From contig OZ199840.1 of NCBI GenBank assembly GCA_964304625.1, positions 3,275,189-3,339,188 on the forward strand: DNA of 64,000 nt. Reading direction: 5' to 3'. Made by a program: the position numbers and the translations under genes. The stretch comes from Kudoa neothunni. Lineage: Eukaryota > Animalia > Cnidaria. How positions within the stretch are numbered: position 1 is the first letter of the stretch; each line of letters opens with the position of its first letter. Positions 1 to 17,526 of this stretch are shown here, piece after piece. The notes beneath the pieces are model-generated. The model made no database searches. It was not told the DNA's origin and saw only the letters and a program-made list of their open reading frames with translations.

Positions 1-3000
1 TTTATTATTCTAACAAATGAAACTTCTACTTGGTGCGAAACTCCACGAATAAACCAATTGAAAATAAACCAATGTTATGCGCGCGCTTGAGCTAATATAA
101 AATCCAATCCCAACCACGCCTTTCGTCTTTTCATCATAGTGTAATTTTTTTTCTCTAAGTAAAAACTAACATAAAAAGGAGAAATGTAAACGATTGAATT
201 AAAGTTGAGATGTCCTATCAATCACTGTGTGGAAATCATTCAGTCCATTTGGATCATAATTTAAAATGTTCAGCGTATTTATGAGATAGCATTCTTCAGT
301 TTCTCCGCGTTTAATACATACGTGATGTGATCATTTTCGTTGTGATTAGCGTCATATTGAGAATTTTCATCTCAAATAGAGAGATTTTTCTTATGAAAAT
401 AAAAACCAGAATCTATAATTTCACATGTTTTCCATGATCTAACCATCTTGTTAGATTTATTAAAACTTTAAAAGTTGAGAATTAAAGATAAGCTTGATTA
501 TCTTGTGTATCTAGAATGATGGTGTTCTTTCCAAATTAATTGCGATAAATTTTTCTTCTAAATCCAATTTTGGGAATTGAATTATAAACAGATTTGGATT
601 TACTAAGGTTTGGTTGGGTAAGAGAAAGCAAACGATATACATAAGAGCCATGACATATATGGATGCGCCAGTATTCAGAATGAAGTTGTTATTTTACGTT
701 TAATTTAATTTTGAAATTTTGTGATTTCATCTTATATAATCGTTTATCTATATTTTTATTTTAATTTTGTCAACAATGATGCAGTCAGATTCTACTACAA
801 TTGAAGAACGTAATAACAAATTTTTATTAAAAGGGGTTTTAACAGGTTAATTTTTAATTATGACAAAAAAAAACGATAATTAAATCTAAAACAAGCAATT
901 TTTTCCAATATATTATTCGCTTTTAATACTTAGCTTATAGGATTATAGGCATTTAAAAACAATTTTATTTACACTATTAAAATTTTTAAATTTTTACAAT
1001 TAAATATCATTTTCAATAATCAATAATGATGTTTTAGTTTGTATATTTTTTTAGCGGTTTTCTATAGCTAAAATTAAACGATATGTAATTAATATTGGAA
1101 GATATCTACCATCAGATATTTTTAAACGTTGTTTCCCACATAATAATAATAATACCAATTTGTAAATCATTTATAATATAGAAATACAACATCTATAACA
1201 AAATTGTTAAAAAAATGTTTAATATAATTATTTAACTTTTTAGAAATTACTTATTTTCATCATAAAGACCAACAAACCTATTTGCAGTACATCGCCCTGA
1301 TATAACTTTTTCTCTTTATTTGTTTATAATTAAATTTATATAATATTAAAATATCATGGATTTCATGAATACAAAATAAAATATTTCTTTGTAGAAGAGC
1401 GAAATTAGATGACCTTGTACAATTATAACAAAATCGTTCGTCTCCTATAATAATATTCTTCTTATTATATATAAGATTCATTTAATTAGCAGTAAACATC
1501 CATATAACCGTTAGATTGCGCAGACGTTAAACAAAACTTACTAATGTTTCGAGATTAATGTAGTGTACGATTATTTTCAAACATATTATACGTGCCAATT
1601 ATTTGTTTATTACATCATTTTAATATTTCACATAAGATTTAATGAGTGAGATAAACCATCCAAACCATTATATACGTTTCTCGCTAATTTTAAAGATAGA
1701 TATTTTAGTTTAATATTAATCAAAAATTATTGATTTTAAATGATTCATTAAACCGAAAGAAAGTAAAATTTTATTTTATTATGATTGATTGATTGTCGTT
1801 GGTCGGATTCCTCCAAGATTCCATCGGATCATGAATATTTTATTTATCATCAGTTTGATCACTGATATTAGGCTCTCGAGGATGTATGTATAAAAGAAAT
1901 AAATTTGTATTTAGTAATTAAGTCCACATTGTTATTATTATCCATTTGTCGTAGTTGCATTATTTAGGTTAAATATAAGTAAAATATTTTCTATATTGCT
2001 TCTAAAAATTTTTTAAATTTGATTAGCAATTAAAATTTATCTTTAATGAGGAAATTGATTCCGTATGTTTATTACCAATTCTATGCAAAATATTAGAGTT
2101 AATTTAACCCTAAAACAATCTAATAACGAAAGCGTACAAAACATGTTACCTTTATAGTATTTTTATTTATGTACAATGAAACACATATAGTTTAAAATCA
2201 ACGAATCTAAGCAGTTTTAAAGGACAACATGCAATCCTGTAACAAAACCAAGATACTAATAAATTTATGCACGTGGATAAGATTTATACTTATAAGATAT
2301 TCCCTTTTTTCTGCATTGACTATTAGTTCAACTTTTGTTGTTTAATGAATTAAACCTGAATCATTTTTATTAATATAAAAGTAGATAAACGTTGACATCA
2401 ACGTTTAATTTCATTCTACTTCTTCAAGATAAAAATCATCAAATAATGACAATACACTTGGATTTTGAGATAGTGCTAAATTTAACGGTGACTAAAATTA
2501 GGGCGCAATATCCATTTTCTAGCGTTTGTGAAAACTTTTTCCATAAATAAATAATTCGAAATGTTTTCTTAATAGTTTAAAAGAATTATAGGATAGAACT
2601 GCATCTTACAAAAATACAAAATAATGACACAACGAAAAGTGCGCAATATCCACCTACGCAATAACCATCGTTGACTGTATTGAGGAGTGCGGGCGCAGCG
2701 GTAGTTGATAAGCGCAATTATCTCTATATCTAAGCGATATATTTAATTATTTTTAATTTTATTGTGTTAGATATGATTAACAGATGCCAAAGCAAAATCA
2801 ATTTGATTATTATAATTTGTAGAAATAGAAAATTTTTTTTAATTAAATTAAATAAAACGAGAGTTAGGAGAGAGTCAATTTCAATGATATAATAAAATTC
2901 AAAATAGCATAATTTTATCAAAGAATAGATCTAATCTGAAAATATTTTAAATCAATTATTAATCGGTATCTAATAATATTTTCTTCGTATTTAATAAATT

Positions 3001-3164
3001 TGGTCGTTTCACCATCTGAATATATTATATATTCGACCGGTAGAAAACGGGGTTAATTATATGTAGAATGGTTAATATTGATTCTTCAATATAATACATC
3101 CAATTTAAGAATTTGAAATTAATATTAACTTCAAAAATTTATTTATAAATTAATTTAACATTAA

Positions 3165-3928
3165 ACCTCTATGGTACACAAAAATAACTACACACTCCAA
3201 CGAATTTTAAGAAATTTATACAGAAAGAATTTTGAGAAAAATGTGATTTATTGAGCCAGTTAATCCTACAAAATCCTATTCGGTAGGATTATATAACGTT
3301 CCGTAAATTTTCGGTTAAACAAATAAACAATCTTTCATACTATAAAGAGAGAAATACACATAAAAGAAACAAAAAATTTTGAATATTGAGGCCAATAGAT
3401 TTTTATTTTGAACACTGATTATACTTACTCAAATAATTAAATCGACCAAAATATCCTCACAACTAATGCATCGAGTGTTTATTATTTATCATTTTGGAGA
3501 GTAAAAATTTGCAGAATATTTTCTTAAAGTTTGATTTCATCATTTCGATTTCTTAGGAACAATATGAATCGGATATTTTAGTTACATTCTGATCCTTTGA
3601 TTGTTAACAAGTAATGATTGGTAGAATCGTAATAAATATTATACTGTTTAATTTAAACATCCGAAATTGACTAAAAGCCAAAGAGTTTTCATTCTAAACA
3701 TATAATATCTAGCACGCTTGATTTTATCGTTCAGCGAGCTTGTATCAAGTGTTATATTAGCTTACTGTATTGACTTCTGGAAGATTAACTGGCCCAGTGA
3801 ATCATCTTTTTCTCAAACTTTAGCAGGTAAAAATTTCTTGAAGTTCATATGGCATTTTGAGATATTTTTTTATTAACTATTGTAAAATAAAACCCTGGGG
3901 TCCAAAAGACACCAAGTTCGTTAGAGGG
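3165..3928. mobile_element. Non-autonomous piggyBac-type element (MITE-like), copy 1
   Basis: Flanked by TTAA (3161-3164 and 3929-3932). Ends ACCTCTA...TAGAGGG form short TIRs. Homologous along its length to 9823-10619. Confidence 0.7.
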
Positions 3929-4339
3929 TTAAATATATTTCTTCACTTATATACAGATTTTGAAATATTTAAAAGTTGGATAATTCATAATAAAAATATT
4001 ACTAGTAATTTATATTTTAATGAGGTAATAAATTTTGGTTATTTTAAGTAATCTTGGGATAAGTTTAGTTGCTCAAAGTGATTTTGTCAAAATAATTCTT
4101 GATTAATAAAGTAAATAAGGTTCTAATATTATTCACATATATTTTAATAATTAATGTTGATAAATTTAATTGGTGAACTTTTAATGGGAGACAAATAAAC
4201 AATTATTTAAGAACTTATGCGCTTTTATGAGCTATACACAATTTTTTCAATAAATAAGGAGATTCACAAGTGCTAGCCAACCATATGATTAGTATATTGG
4301 TGCTACTTAACCACATGGTTAATATCGTTTTGGAGAATT

Positions 4340-7420
<3,081 letters not shown>

Positions 7421-8277
7421 GATAAAGCCCATTGTAACGCCCAAGTTAATTTGGATGATCAGAATTTAAATTGTGATATCCTATTTCCACTAGGAACCGA
7501 ATTTTGTGAGTATTATTTAAATTACGTATAGGCCCGAAAATTGGTAGAATCAATTTAGTCCCATTGGTAGGATATCGATTATGGTCCTTATGGAGTTGAA
7601 ATTCTTTTACTGATCCTTCCTCGTTGAATCTTTTGATATATCTAGATTTATGGTTTTCAAAATTATACGTATAGTCTCATATGAAATCATATTATAGGTT
7701 TATCGAGGATTTTACATCGAATAACAATTCGCGTTAAAACTAATGTGATCTTCTACTTCCTAGTGTGAAATTAGAGTAGCTTATTTATTTCGTAATATTT
7801 TCGTTTACTTAAATAATTAAATATTTTTTTAAATATATAGTTAAAAGTTAATTGTTTTCAACAAGTGTTAAATATTGGAGTATGCGAGAATCAAATTTAA
7901 AACGTTTCAAATTAGATTTTAATCATATCTCTGATGGTAAACAACTTATTAAAATAATAACATACCTTAAATAAATTAGTTACATATTATTCACTTTTTG
8001 AAGCAATGGGTTTACTTATCACTAGGGAATTCTTAAAAAGAATATTTGTTAGACAAATATTTTTGCATGTTTTGTAAACTACTCAAAATGAGCCAAAACC
8101 ACCGACACTACCTAAAAAGTATAGATTCAAAATTTTGAAAAATTAATATTAATAATAAATTCAATTTATCCCTATTCGGTTTTTGATTGCTTCGCATAGC
8201 TTCTGGTTATTCTATGACAATGGCCGGCTTCTATTTAGATTATTTATTTTTGTACACCGGTGAAGATTTGGGAAAAT

Positions 8278-9057
8278 ATGTTTTATACGCTTGTTGTTTT
8301 GGCTTTCTTGGTCTTTATCACTGGAAATAATTGCGTATTTGATCTGAGTGATGCTAATTTCTGGGATTATGTTAAAGATAAACCATTTGTTATGGTAGAT
8401 TTTTATGCGCCTTGGTATAACCACTCGAACTATCAATAAAAAAAATTTTTACGTTTGAAAATATAGGTGTTCAGATTGTAAGGAATTGGAACCACCATAT
8501 GAATCTGTAGCATCATCACTTGGAACAAATAGTTGTTTGATGGTAAAAGTAATTAGCCTTTAGTACATTCCTGCAGTTTGATTGAACTATTTTTATCCCC
8601 CAACTCATTTCTTATCGGAAATTTTCTACATTTTACGCGTCTTATAATAAGTTATTTAGGCCGACTGTTACGGCCCCCGCTGCAGGAATCTGCAGAACTT
8701 TTGGAATTCACAGTTATCCTCAAGTTAAGGTATTTCGAAACGGTGTATACCAGCAAGACTATTTAGGACAACGAACTACAGGTAAAAAATTTGTTTGACT
8801 ATATTTATTTTAATATATAAATTGAATTTTTTTAAACATTATTATTAAAGCTTGGTAGAAATGAATAAAAATATCAATAATTTCATGATATAATTTTGTG
8901 TATACATTGTTCCACTTTAGAATAATAAAATTTAGGAGACCTGTCACAATTTGTTTATACCCAAATGTCACAATCTTCACCTGCTCCCGTCAATTATTGC
9001 ACCTCTCAAACCTACACCCTCCAGAAACGTTCGCGAATCAATTCTAATTTTCCATAG
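8278..9057 (+). CDS. Secreted single-domain thioredoxin/PDI-like protein (WCSDC active site), with an apparent +1 frameshift at 8674-8678
   Basis: Signal peptide MFYTLVVLAFLVFITG, then LSDANFWDYV..VMVDFYAPW|CSDCKELEPPYE, KADCYG, ICRTFGIHSYPQVKVFRNG..DYLGQRT. Four exons with GT-AG introns. Confidence 0.8.
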
Positions 9058-9337
9058 AACGTATTTTAAGTTGGATCCAACTAATTTTTAGAATAATTGT
9101 TTTTTCAATAAACTTACATTGCTCTTTGATTGAGGATTTTGTTTTTATATCAAAAAACGTCCATTATGTGAATAGTAAATATTTTTGGTATTGAATATGT
9201 CCTGTAATTATTTAATTTGTAAATATACTATATATATACGTTTAAAAAATAATGCATGTACGATTAAAAATTATTATTCTTAACCTTATCATAATTCCTT
9301 ATGTACAACAAGAAAACAGTTGGTGTGTGATAATATG

Positions 9338-9349
9338 TGCGCATGCGTA
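9338..9349 (+). promoter_or_regulatory. NRF1-like motif TGCGCATGCGTA
   Basis: Near match to NRF1 consensus YGCGCAYGCGCR; variants recur at 36534, 40121, 40707 and 41529. Confidence 0.4.
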
Positions 9350-9822
9350 GTAAAAAATTTTCTCGTAGGCGGATTATTTACAAAAATATTAACCGTTTAG
9401 GAAGCTGCAATAATTTTTTTAAAACGTTTTATAACCATAAAAAATTACAATGATATTAAAAAAATAGTGATTAAATCGGTTTTAATTTTATTTCATGGAT
9501 TATAATATCCATGTTGGTATAAGTTTTGGTTGTATTTAATTATTTTAAAAAATAAACTTTATAGATAAAATATAGATAGGAGTCAACGTGATTAAAAATT
9601 CCCGTCTCAGTAGCCAGCGTCTATTTAGTACAAGTTGAAGTTTTTCTTATATGATGCAATAAGCCAATTGCTTATGACTTTATTTTCATGTATATATAAA
9701 GTATGTTTTGCACAGATTAATTAATTATTTATGCATGAAATTATAATATATTTGACTAAATAAGTAAACATCGAAAGTTTTATTAATAGTTTAAATAAAA
9801 AAATTTAGGTTTGTTTAATTAA

Positions 9823-10619
9823 TCCCTGAAGGCACAAAAATGATTACACTCCAACAAACCTGGAATTTTTTAGACGCCAAGTTTTTATTTTACGATAGCT
9901 AATAAAAAATATTTCGAATTGCCATAAAAATGGTTGGAAATTTCTAGCACCAGAATTTTGAGACAAATGTGATTCATTGGGTCAGTTAATCCTCCAAAAT
10001 CCCATTCGGACCACTTAGATGACATTACGTAAATTTTCGTTTAAAAAACTAACAACTTTTTCATATTATAGAGAAGGAAACCAACATAGAAGAATATATG
10101 AAAGGTTTTTAAGATCAAAGTCAATAGATTGATATTTTAAACACTAATTATATTTATTCGATAAATGAAAATGACAAAAACATTCGTTGCAACTCATTTA
10201 TAGAATGTATATTCCTGGTCATTTTTCAGAGTGATTTCTTCGAGTTAGATTCCATTATTTCTATTTCTGAAGAACAAAATGAATCAGGTGTTTTAATTAA
10301 TTCCTTATCTTTTGATTTTAAATGAAAAATAATTCGGTGATAGAATAATGAATATTATATTAATTAGTCTTAAAACATCAAAAGTTTAAACATTCCCAAA
10401 CCATCACACTCGATTTTAACATTCAACGAACACGTACGAAGTATTTAATAGTTTGCCGAATTGACCTCGATAAGATTAACCGGCCCAATGATTATTGTAT
10501 TTCTCGAAATTCTGCTGGTAGAGAGTTTCTGAAATTTGTAGACCATTTAGAAATATTTGTTTATTAACTATCGTAAAATAAAAACTTGGTGTCTAAAAGA
10601 TTTCAAGTTAGTTAATGGG
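9823..10619. mobile_element. Non-autonomous piggyBac-type element, copy 2
   Basis: TTAA at 9819-9822 and 10620-10623; ends in GGG-TTAA. About 48-bp subterminal inverted repeats (ttttagacgccaagtttttattttacgatagctaataaaaaatattt versus its reverse complement near 10551-10598). Homologous to 3165-3928. Confidence 0.7.
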
Positions 10620-12435
10620 TTAATGACAAATTCGTGGAATGAGTTATAATAAGAATGTTTTTTAGATTTAAACGAAATTATCTGCATACTTAAACTTTTA
10701 ATAATAAACTTAATATAAAAGTTGTCATTCTGCTTTATCCAATCTTTTAGATTACAAAGATTGACGTTTTCGACATTTTATCACAGAATTAGAATCCGAC
10801 GAATTTGAGTAACATCACCACATTGATGATATCGAAAATTTAAATAAGATCACTTTTCGACTCTATGAAATATTCTTTGTTAAAATTAATCCTCTTCGAT
10901 ATCACTCGCACCTACACGACAGCATATTTATTCTTTATTTTGTCGATAGAATGTCGTAAACATTTGAATTATAGTACATAATTTTGTTTACTATTTAATA
11001 AAAAATTTTATCGTCATATAAACTCAAAATCGTCTCGTGTGTAAGGTACATAATATCTTATAATTTAGAATATTCAAAACTTTATTCATTCAATATATTA
11101 AAGCCTTTTATTTGGAAGAATAGATGAAAATATGTTCTTCTTTGATATAAAAATGTATTCGAATTATGTTACAATACACTCAGAAAGTGAAACGTACGTG
11201 AGGACTGTACACGTACAAAAATTTGGGATAGCGTAAAATTGTATTGTCGTGGCTTAAAAAATATTTACAAAGTCGTTAAAAATAATAAAGATTGGATTTA
11301 AATGTTTTATTATTAAGTAAAGAAGATGTGAATAATCACAAGATCATCATAATAGGAATTTATCTTAGAAAAATCTAGGATAGTTTAAGCGTGCAAGTTA
11401 TTATAACGTTAAATGATACTTTAAAAAAAACTTAAAATAACATAAACTTCAGAAATAAAAATTTAGCCACTTTAACGTTAAAATTATTACTCAGAAGCGA
11501 GCTAATCTCTAGTAGATTAAACTTTACAACTAATACTTTTATTATTTGTGTACAGATTTATCTCGGCTTATCCACAATAATGACGAAGAAATATTGATAA
11601 GAAGCTCCGTGATACAAAATGGAAACAAGAATTTTCATTTAATGAGCTGATAATTTAACGAAACCATCAGCACTAAAAAGATCAATTCATAAGGATTTGA
11701 TCGAAAATTCAATGATCGAATAGCCACAATGCCTTAAGATTGTGTAAAGTTGTATGTATCGATCGAGACAAGGTAGATCGTTAAAACAAAAAAATAAATG
11801 AGATTATATTACGAAGACGTTTCGTAGAGCATTATAGATAATTAATTTTTAATGAAATCTCCAAGGTGATTAATAAAAAAATTCTAAGGGTATTGAAATT
11901 TACACTGGAGTTGTGCCAATAATGCGCAGAGATTCGAAAGAATTGAATGTTGTTTTTACTTTTTGAATTTTCAAATTTTATCCTCATTTTTTGAAGGTAC
12001 CTTTGATCATTGATAATTAAATTAAGATAATTTTATTTAATACTATTATTTGTGCAATGATAACTCTGTTTTTCGATTAAATTAACAAATAAATTTATCC
12101 TTAGAATTAATTTCGTGGAGGTTAATGGTAAGCTTGTGTTAACTACCTCTTATTAATATAATATAAAGTGAAATTAAAATTTATTTGTTGATTAAAATTA
12201 ATATAATATCAAATAAATCTATGTTGTAATTTTCAAATTAATCTCTTCAAATGTTTATAAGGTTCAATGAGGATATAAGGGGTTGAACCTCTATTAATTA
12301 TACAAGATTTTAATCTTTATCTCTACGAGAATCAATTTTATAGCAATAATATTAATCTTTTGGAATTGTATAATTTTATTTGAAAGAAAATAGCTCCTAG
12401 CTCAAATAACATCTGTTAGTGTGAAATTTGGTTCG

Positions 12436-13775
12436 ATGAGTGACCAAGTGTCGGTTGCGGATGGTAGTTTTAGCGTCGGTTATTAGTATCAACGATAATT
12501 TTTAGAATTAAGTAGAGACGAGCTGTTTGTAGTGCCTTCCGAGGAAAATGGTTGTAAACACTTATTGAGAACACCAAAAGTTTGTGTTTATTCCATTATC
12601 GATATGTATATGATACCATCCTTTAGACATTCAGCAAAGAATTCATTGCTACTCCGTACGAAAAATCTATAACTGAATGGATGTTTCTGTGCTCATCTGG
12701 AGATTGTGACGCGATAATAACATTTCTCGAAAATAATCCAAGTTTTATGAATGAAAAGGATCCATTATGGGTAAAACTAATGAAGACATTTTCCATATAT
12801 ATATTTCTGATTTTAGGGGGTATTTTTCAGTGTGATATCAAACATAAAAAATATTTTTTATTTCATTAACATATGCTAATTAGGATTTAGATATTTTATA
12901 TTCTCCTTTATTTAGATGGTAATTTTATTTTTAATATCATTGTTTTGGTGTAATAGAATCATTTCTATTGATCATAACAATAAATACATCATAGTTATTA
13001 TGAATTTTTTATTTTTACTTTAAATAAATAGGCATGCCTTCATTGGTCAATAAAAATGGATAATCTACCACTTTTCGAGTATCTACTTCAAAATGGAGCT
13101 GATGTCAATATTAGAAATGTAACTATATTAAATATAGTATATACTTAATTTTATTTTAGAAGAATGTAATATTACCATTATTTTATTATTTATTACTTTG
13201 TACGCAATAGGGTGATACTCCTTTACACCTCATAGAGAAATATAACCGAACACAAATGCTTAACCTGATTAAACAAAACCAAAGTATTGGTATAATTCTA
13301 TGTGCGATTTATTGGGAAATTAGAACTGGATTCAACTATTGAAAATTACGACAGCTGGATTCCATATTTGAAGGTGGAACCGTACATCAGGCACACCATT
13401 AAAGTGCTCAAGAAAAAGAAAACCCTTATCCCATTGAAGAGGTTTTTCACTCTTCGAAGCAAGCCCTTAACTCCTAAAATGCCGTCAATAAGACGAAAAT
13501 CAGTACGTTCCGATGACAAGTTAAATAATGATGGCGGGAAGGTGTTGTCCAAACCACCTCCTGTCAAGGCCCCAGCAGTTGTAAGGTCCAGCTCTACTTC
13601 CACAGAAAGCGAAGGTGGAATGGTTTTATTGAAACGCTCCAATACAGTGATCAGAGATAGACCCCATTCAAATATTCTAACACCACACCTTGATTCCTAT
13701 TCAAAAGGAAATCCACTTCTGATTAGATCTAATATGGACCTCACCAAAGACTCCAATTCAAATGTTCATTTTTAA
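12436..13775 (+). CDS. Ankyrin-repeat protein (SOWAH/sosondowah-like) with 3-, 3- and 6-nt microexons
   Basis: Spliced product ...EWMFLCSSGDCDAIITFLENNPSFMNEKDPLW-G-M-ACLHWSIKMDNLPLFEYLLQNGADVNIRN-KN-GDTPLHL..., followed by a basic Ser/Pro-rich tail. Confidence 0.85.
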
Positions 13776-16700
13776 AATCTATTAAAATTAATTTTTTGTT
13801 TAGCATTTTAAAAAATATATCACATCAAAAAACACTCTCGACCCAGAACAAGCTATCTCTTCATTGTCAAAAATAACATATTTTAACCCTTGACCTAAAA
13901 ATACGTTGAACAATTTTTCATTTGTTGACATAACTATTTTTAACTATATGTGATGTCCTAAATCTATGCGCAAATGAGTTGCTCTTCGTATTCAAATATT
14001 TGTTGTATTATAACAATGATAATCCCATTTTTTATAATACAAATATATAAAAAAGAATTAAGAAATCTTTGATAGATAATTAAGCTTTTAAGTGTATAAT
14101 CCACCGCGTAACAGATTAACATTACGATAATAGGTTTTTTTGTTCCAACAACTAAACTACACAGTAAAATAAAATAAAAATTGTAAGTGTAATATGTATT
14201 CAGCGCGTATAGAAACACCTCGTCCAAAGCACACCAAACAATCCGTTTATTAACCGGCCGCTGCCGTTTAAGTTAGCACACTACAGTAAGACAATTGCGT
14301 ATGTTGATGAAATATTGCCATTACAATTAGAAGACCGCTTGATTCTTTTAATAGTAAACGTTGATGAGAGCTCAAAATTAATGTAAATATCCGTTATCGT
14401 TAGCTCAATACTTTTTAGTTAAGTGAGGAAAATGTGCTTAATATCAGCATCACCCACCAAATTGTGCGAAAAAAGGAACATCAATAATCTTTTCAAACAA
14501 AATCGACATTATACTTGGCCAACATTAACGATAATATTTTTCATAGTCTCCCAAAATTTATAATGCAATAAAGCACTTTAAATGGTCATAGAAAGTCTCT
14601 AATACTCACCAATTAAAAGAATACATTTAATTTATTTCAGCTGGAGCAAAAAAAACAAAGTTGTATAGATTTTATGTTTTAAACTATCTATTTCAAAGTT
14701 GTAACATTAGAGTCGCGATTATTTTGGAAGAAAGCCATCTCTTTTACATAATTCAGTGAAACATTCACTACCGTTTCCCTAAAAAGAATCAATATTATAG
14801 CTCATTATTATCTTGAAATATTCAACTTGGGAGCGTATTCTTCCACAAAGCGTATAATGGGTATACTCATGAGAAACTGTACCATCGGCATTCAACTAGA
14901 ACAAAACAGATGAAAAAATATGACAGTATCTACAAATACTTTGGGAATCGAAATCTGTGTAGAAGCAAAATCTAGTGATCCAATGATAGCTCCAGTTGCT
15001 GAGCTAAAAATGCATTATAAATAACTCTATTAATTAGGATTCACCATTTATTTGGATGATACACAGCAGAAGATTGAGTATTAGCCACACCTACCATTTT
15101 CTATTCGCGTGTCTAGTTGGACGATTTACAACGAGCGAATACGATTAGGATCGTCGTATGGTTTTTGGTGGATTTGATTTTGCATTTTAGTCCTACTATT
15201 CGGTATGTAATTCAACGTATTAAAAAATGGGTTTCAGTTGTTTTTATTACTGTGTTACATTAAGGAATATCCTTTATGTATTATTATTATTATTTTATAA
15301 ACTTACAAGGAAGTGTATTTTTACATAAAAATGAGTGGAATAATATTTTAATTACTTTATACTAATATTACTTGAAATATAAATAAAGTTTAATGAGAGT
15401 TTCATGGAAAATTTTGATATTCATTTTTTTATTTGTTCAGATGCTCACGCATGAATAAATTAGTCATGATTTTATTGTCAATATATGGAGTGATGTTGAT
15501 TATTAGTTTGAAAAAATAAAACTTAATAATATATGATTCTGATATCTAAAGATAGGTTTATTATTTTTACGAATATTTGATCTTACTGAGTAATTTTCTT
15601 TATTAATGTGTTTAAAGCTAATAAATTACCTCATAAAAATAAAAATATTAATTGTGATTGATAATATATTTAAATTTGAATTAACTTTAACTAACAATAC
15701 CATTTATCTAATATTATATATGAATTTAGACGACGTAAGAATGTAACTTTTTTTATTTTGGATATGTATTAGTACTCTTGATGGAAAAAATTTATGATTT
15801 CGAGATTAGGCAAATATTTTATGAATCGAACTGTAAATGAAATAATCATATAACTTCTTATAAGATTTATTGCAACTGTTACGTTTAATTACTTGTTGGG
15901 GCTTTTTACTAAAATATAGATCAGGAGTAAACATATCAAATATCTCGATAGTATTAATAAATATGAACTTTTTACTCGTTTTCATATGGTATTACATAAT
16001 TTTAAAATATGTTTGAACTATAATTGTAACAAATACGTTCTGTGAATATAGAAGCATTAGATCTAAGTTTAATATCATCCAGTTTACTTTGTTAGTTACC
16101 ATGTACCTTTATAAATATTATTTATGATTAATAAGTAGATATTATTGCTGTTTGATAATTTTTAATATTTTTAACGGTCATTATAAGATTATTTATTTAT
16201 TTAGGAATCTAGTTAATATTATCTAAAAAATGAAAGATGGTTATATAATAATGTGTTCTAAAAGGATAAGGCAATAAAACGTTGATAATAACATGCCAAA
16301 CTTTTTATGGATCTAATATGTCAAGACTGCCAATTTTCTAGAAGCAACAATATTTACAGATGCGCTATAAAGATATTTAGAATATAGCCCAATAATAAGC
16401 TCAATTTTAACGGAATTAATAATGAAATAAATCGTTGAATAATGTGGATAACAAAAAAATATATAATTACAATATTATCAGTTATTCAATAAAAGTTGTG
16501 ATTAGTAGAATGAACAGTAAAGAAATTTATAAAATACGAATATTATAAATAATCAAATAGACTGAGAAATTAATTTATAATTTTTGAGTACGAAGAAAAT
16601 TCCACGCAGGACAGATTTCACGCATTACTTTATAATTATAAAATTACAAATATATTTTAATTTAGTTATTCGCTATTTCGTGGAGTGATATTTGGTATTA

Positions 16701-17526
16701 CGTGTATACTAAATGAATGGATTTAATCTTGGAAGATAACATTTTATCGTAAATTTTAAACGTTTCTGACTTACAATATACAAAAAAATTTACTACTATA
16801 ATTATGGATATATTTTATGATTACTTAATGAAACTTTTTATATCCTTTTTTAAAATTTACACAAAGAAATTTTGAATATAATGATTAATTTATATCAATA
16901 TCATAACAGTTTTCGTTATCTTGTGAATATGTTTAAATTCAGCCTATAATGTTTCTTGTGAACAAGTAAATTAAGATAGCCTTACATTGATTTAGGATGA
17001 TCTTAAATTAGCAAGGATGATTTTATGTTGTTAACTTTATTGTGAACGTGCCAGAAGCATTACAAAACTTTAAAAAGTTTCTTAGATTTAAGTCAACTTG
17101 ACAATTTTACATAAATGTAGTCTTAATATTATTTGGTAAAATTATTAATCGAAAACTGGTCGGTATTATTATTAGAGGCATGCAAAGAAAAATTTAAAAC
17201 TAATTCGATAAGAATAAATTATAAAATTTTATTTAATACTTTAGGAACAAAAATATAACATTATTTGGTTATGTCACACATCAATAGAATAAGGGTTGAA
17301 AGTAATGTGTTCTGGTTCAAATATTCAAAATTTATTTTGCCGATTATGACGTATATGATTCTTAAATTATATCATTAATGGTTTCCGATAATTTAAATAT
17401 ATAAAAATAAGTTCGTGTTTTCGTGATCAATTCATACATAAATTTTCAATAGATTACTATACGTTTATAATGGGTCTTATTCATAATACTGATTAAACGT
17501 TTTATTTGTTCGTAATACTATTGAAA

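Noticed and set aside
1-137. Possible minus-strand gene start (MMKRRK...) running off the window edge
   Set aside because: Splicing is ambiguous and there is no recognisable product.
2502-2725. Repeated GCGCAATATCC motif
   Set aside because: Only two exact copies and one partial, with no associated gene; likely TE debris.
13346-13642. Antisense and alternate-frame ORFs in the track (also 5667, 17771, 18095, 19139, 29722, 34403, 35277, 36797, 37731, 54844)
   Set aside because: Shadows of real coding exons on the opposite strand or frame.
14300-15200. Possible degraded transposase remnant
   Set aside because: Coding-like composition but no diagnostic motif could be read.
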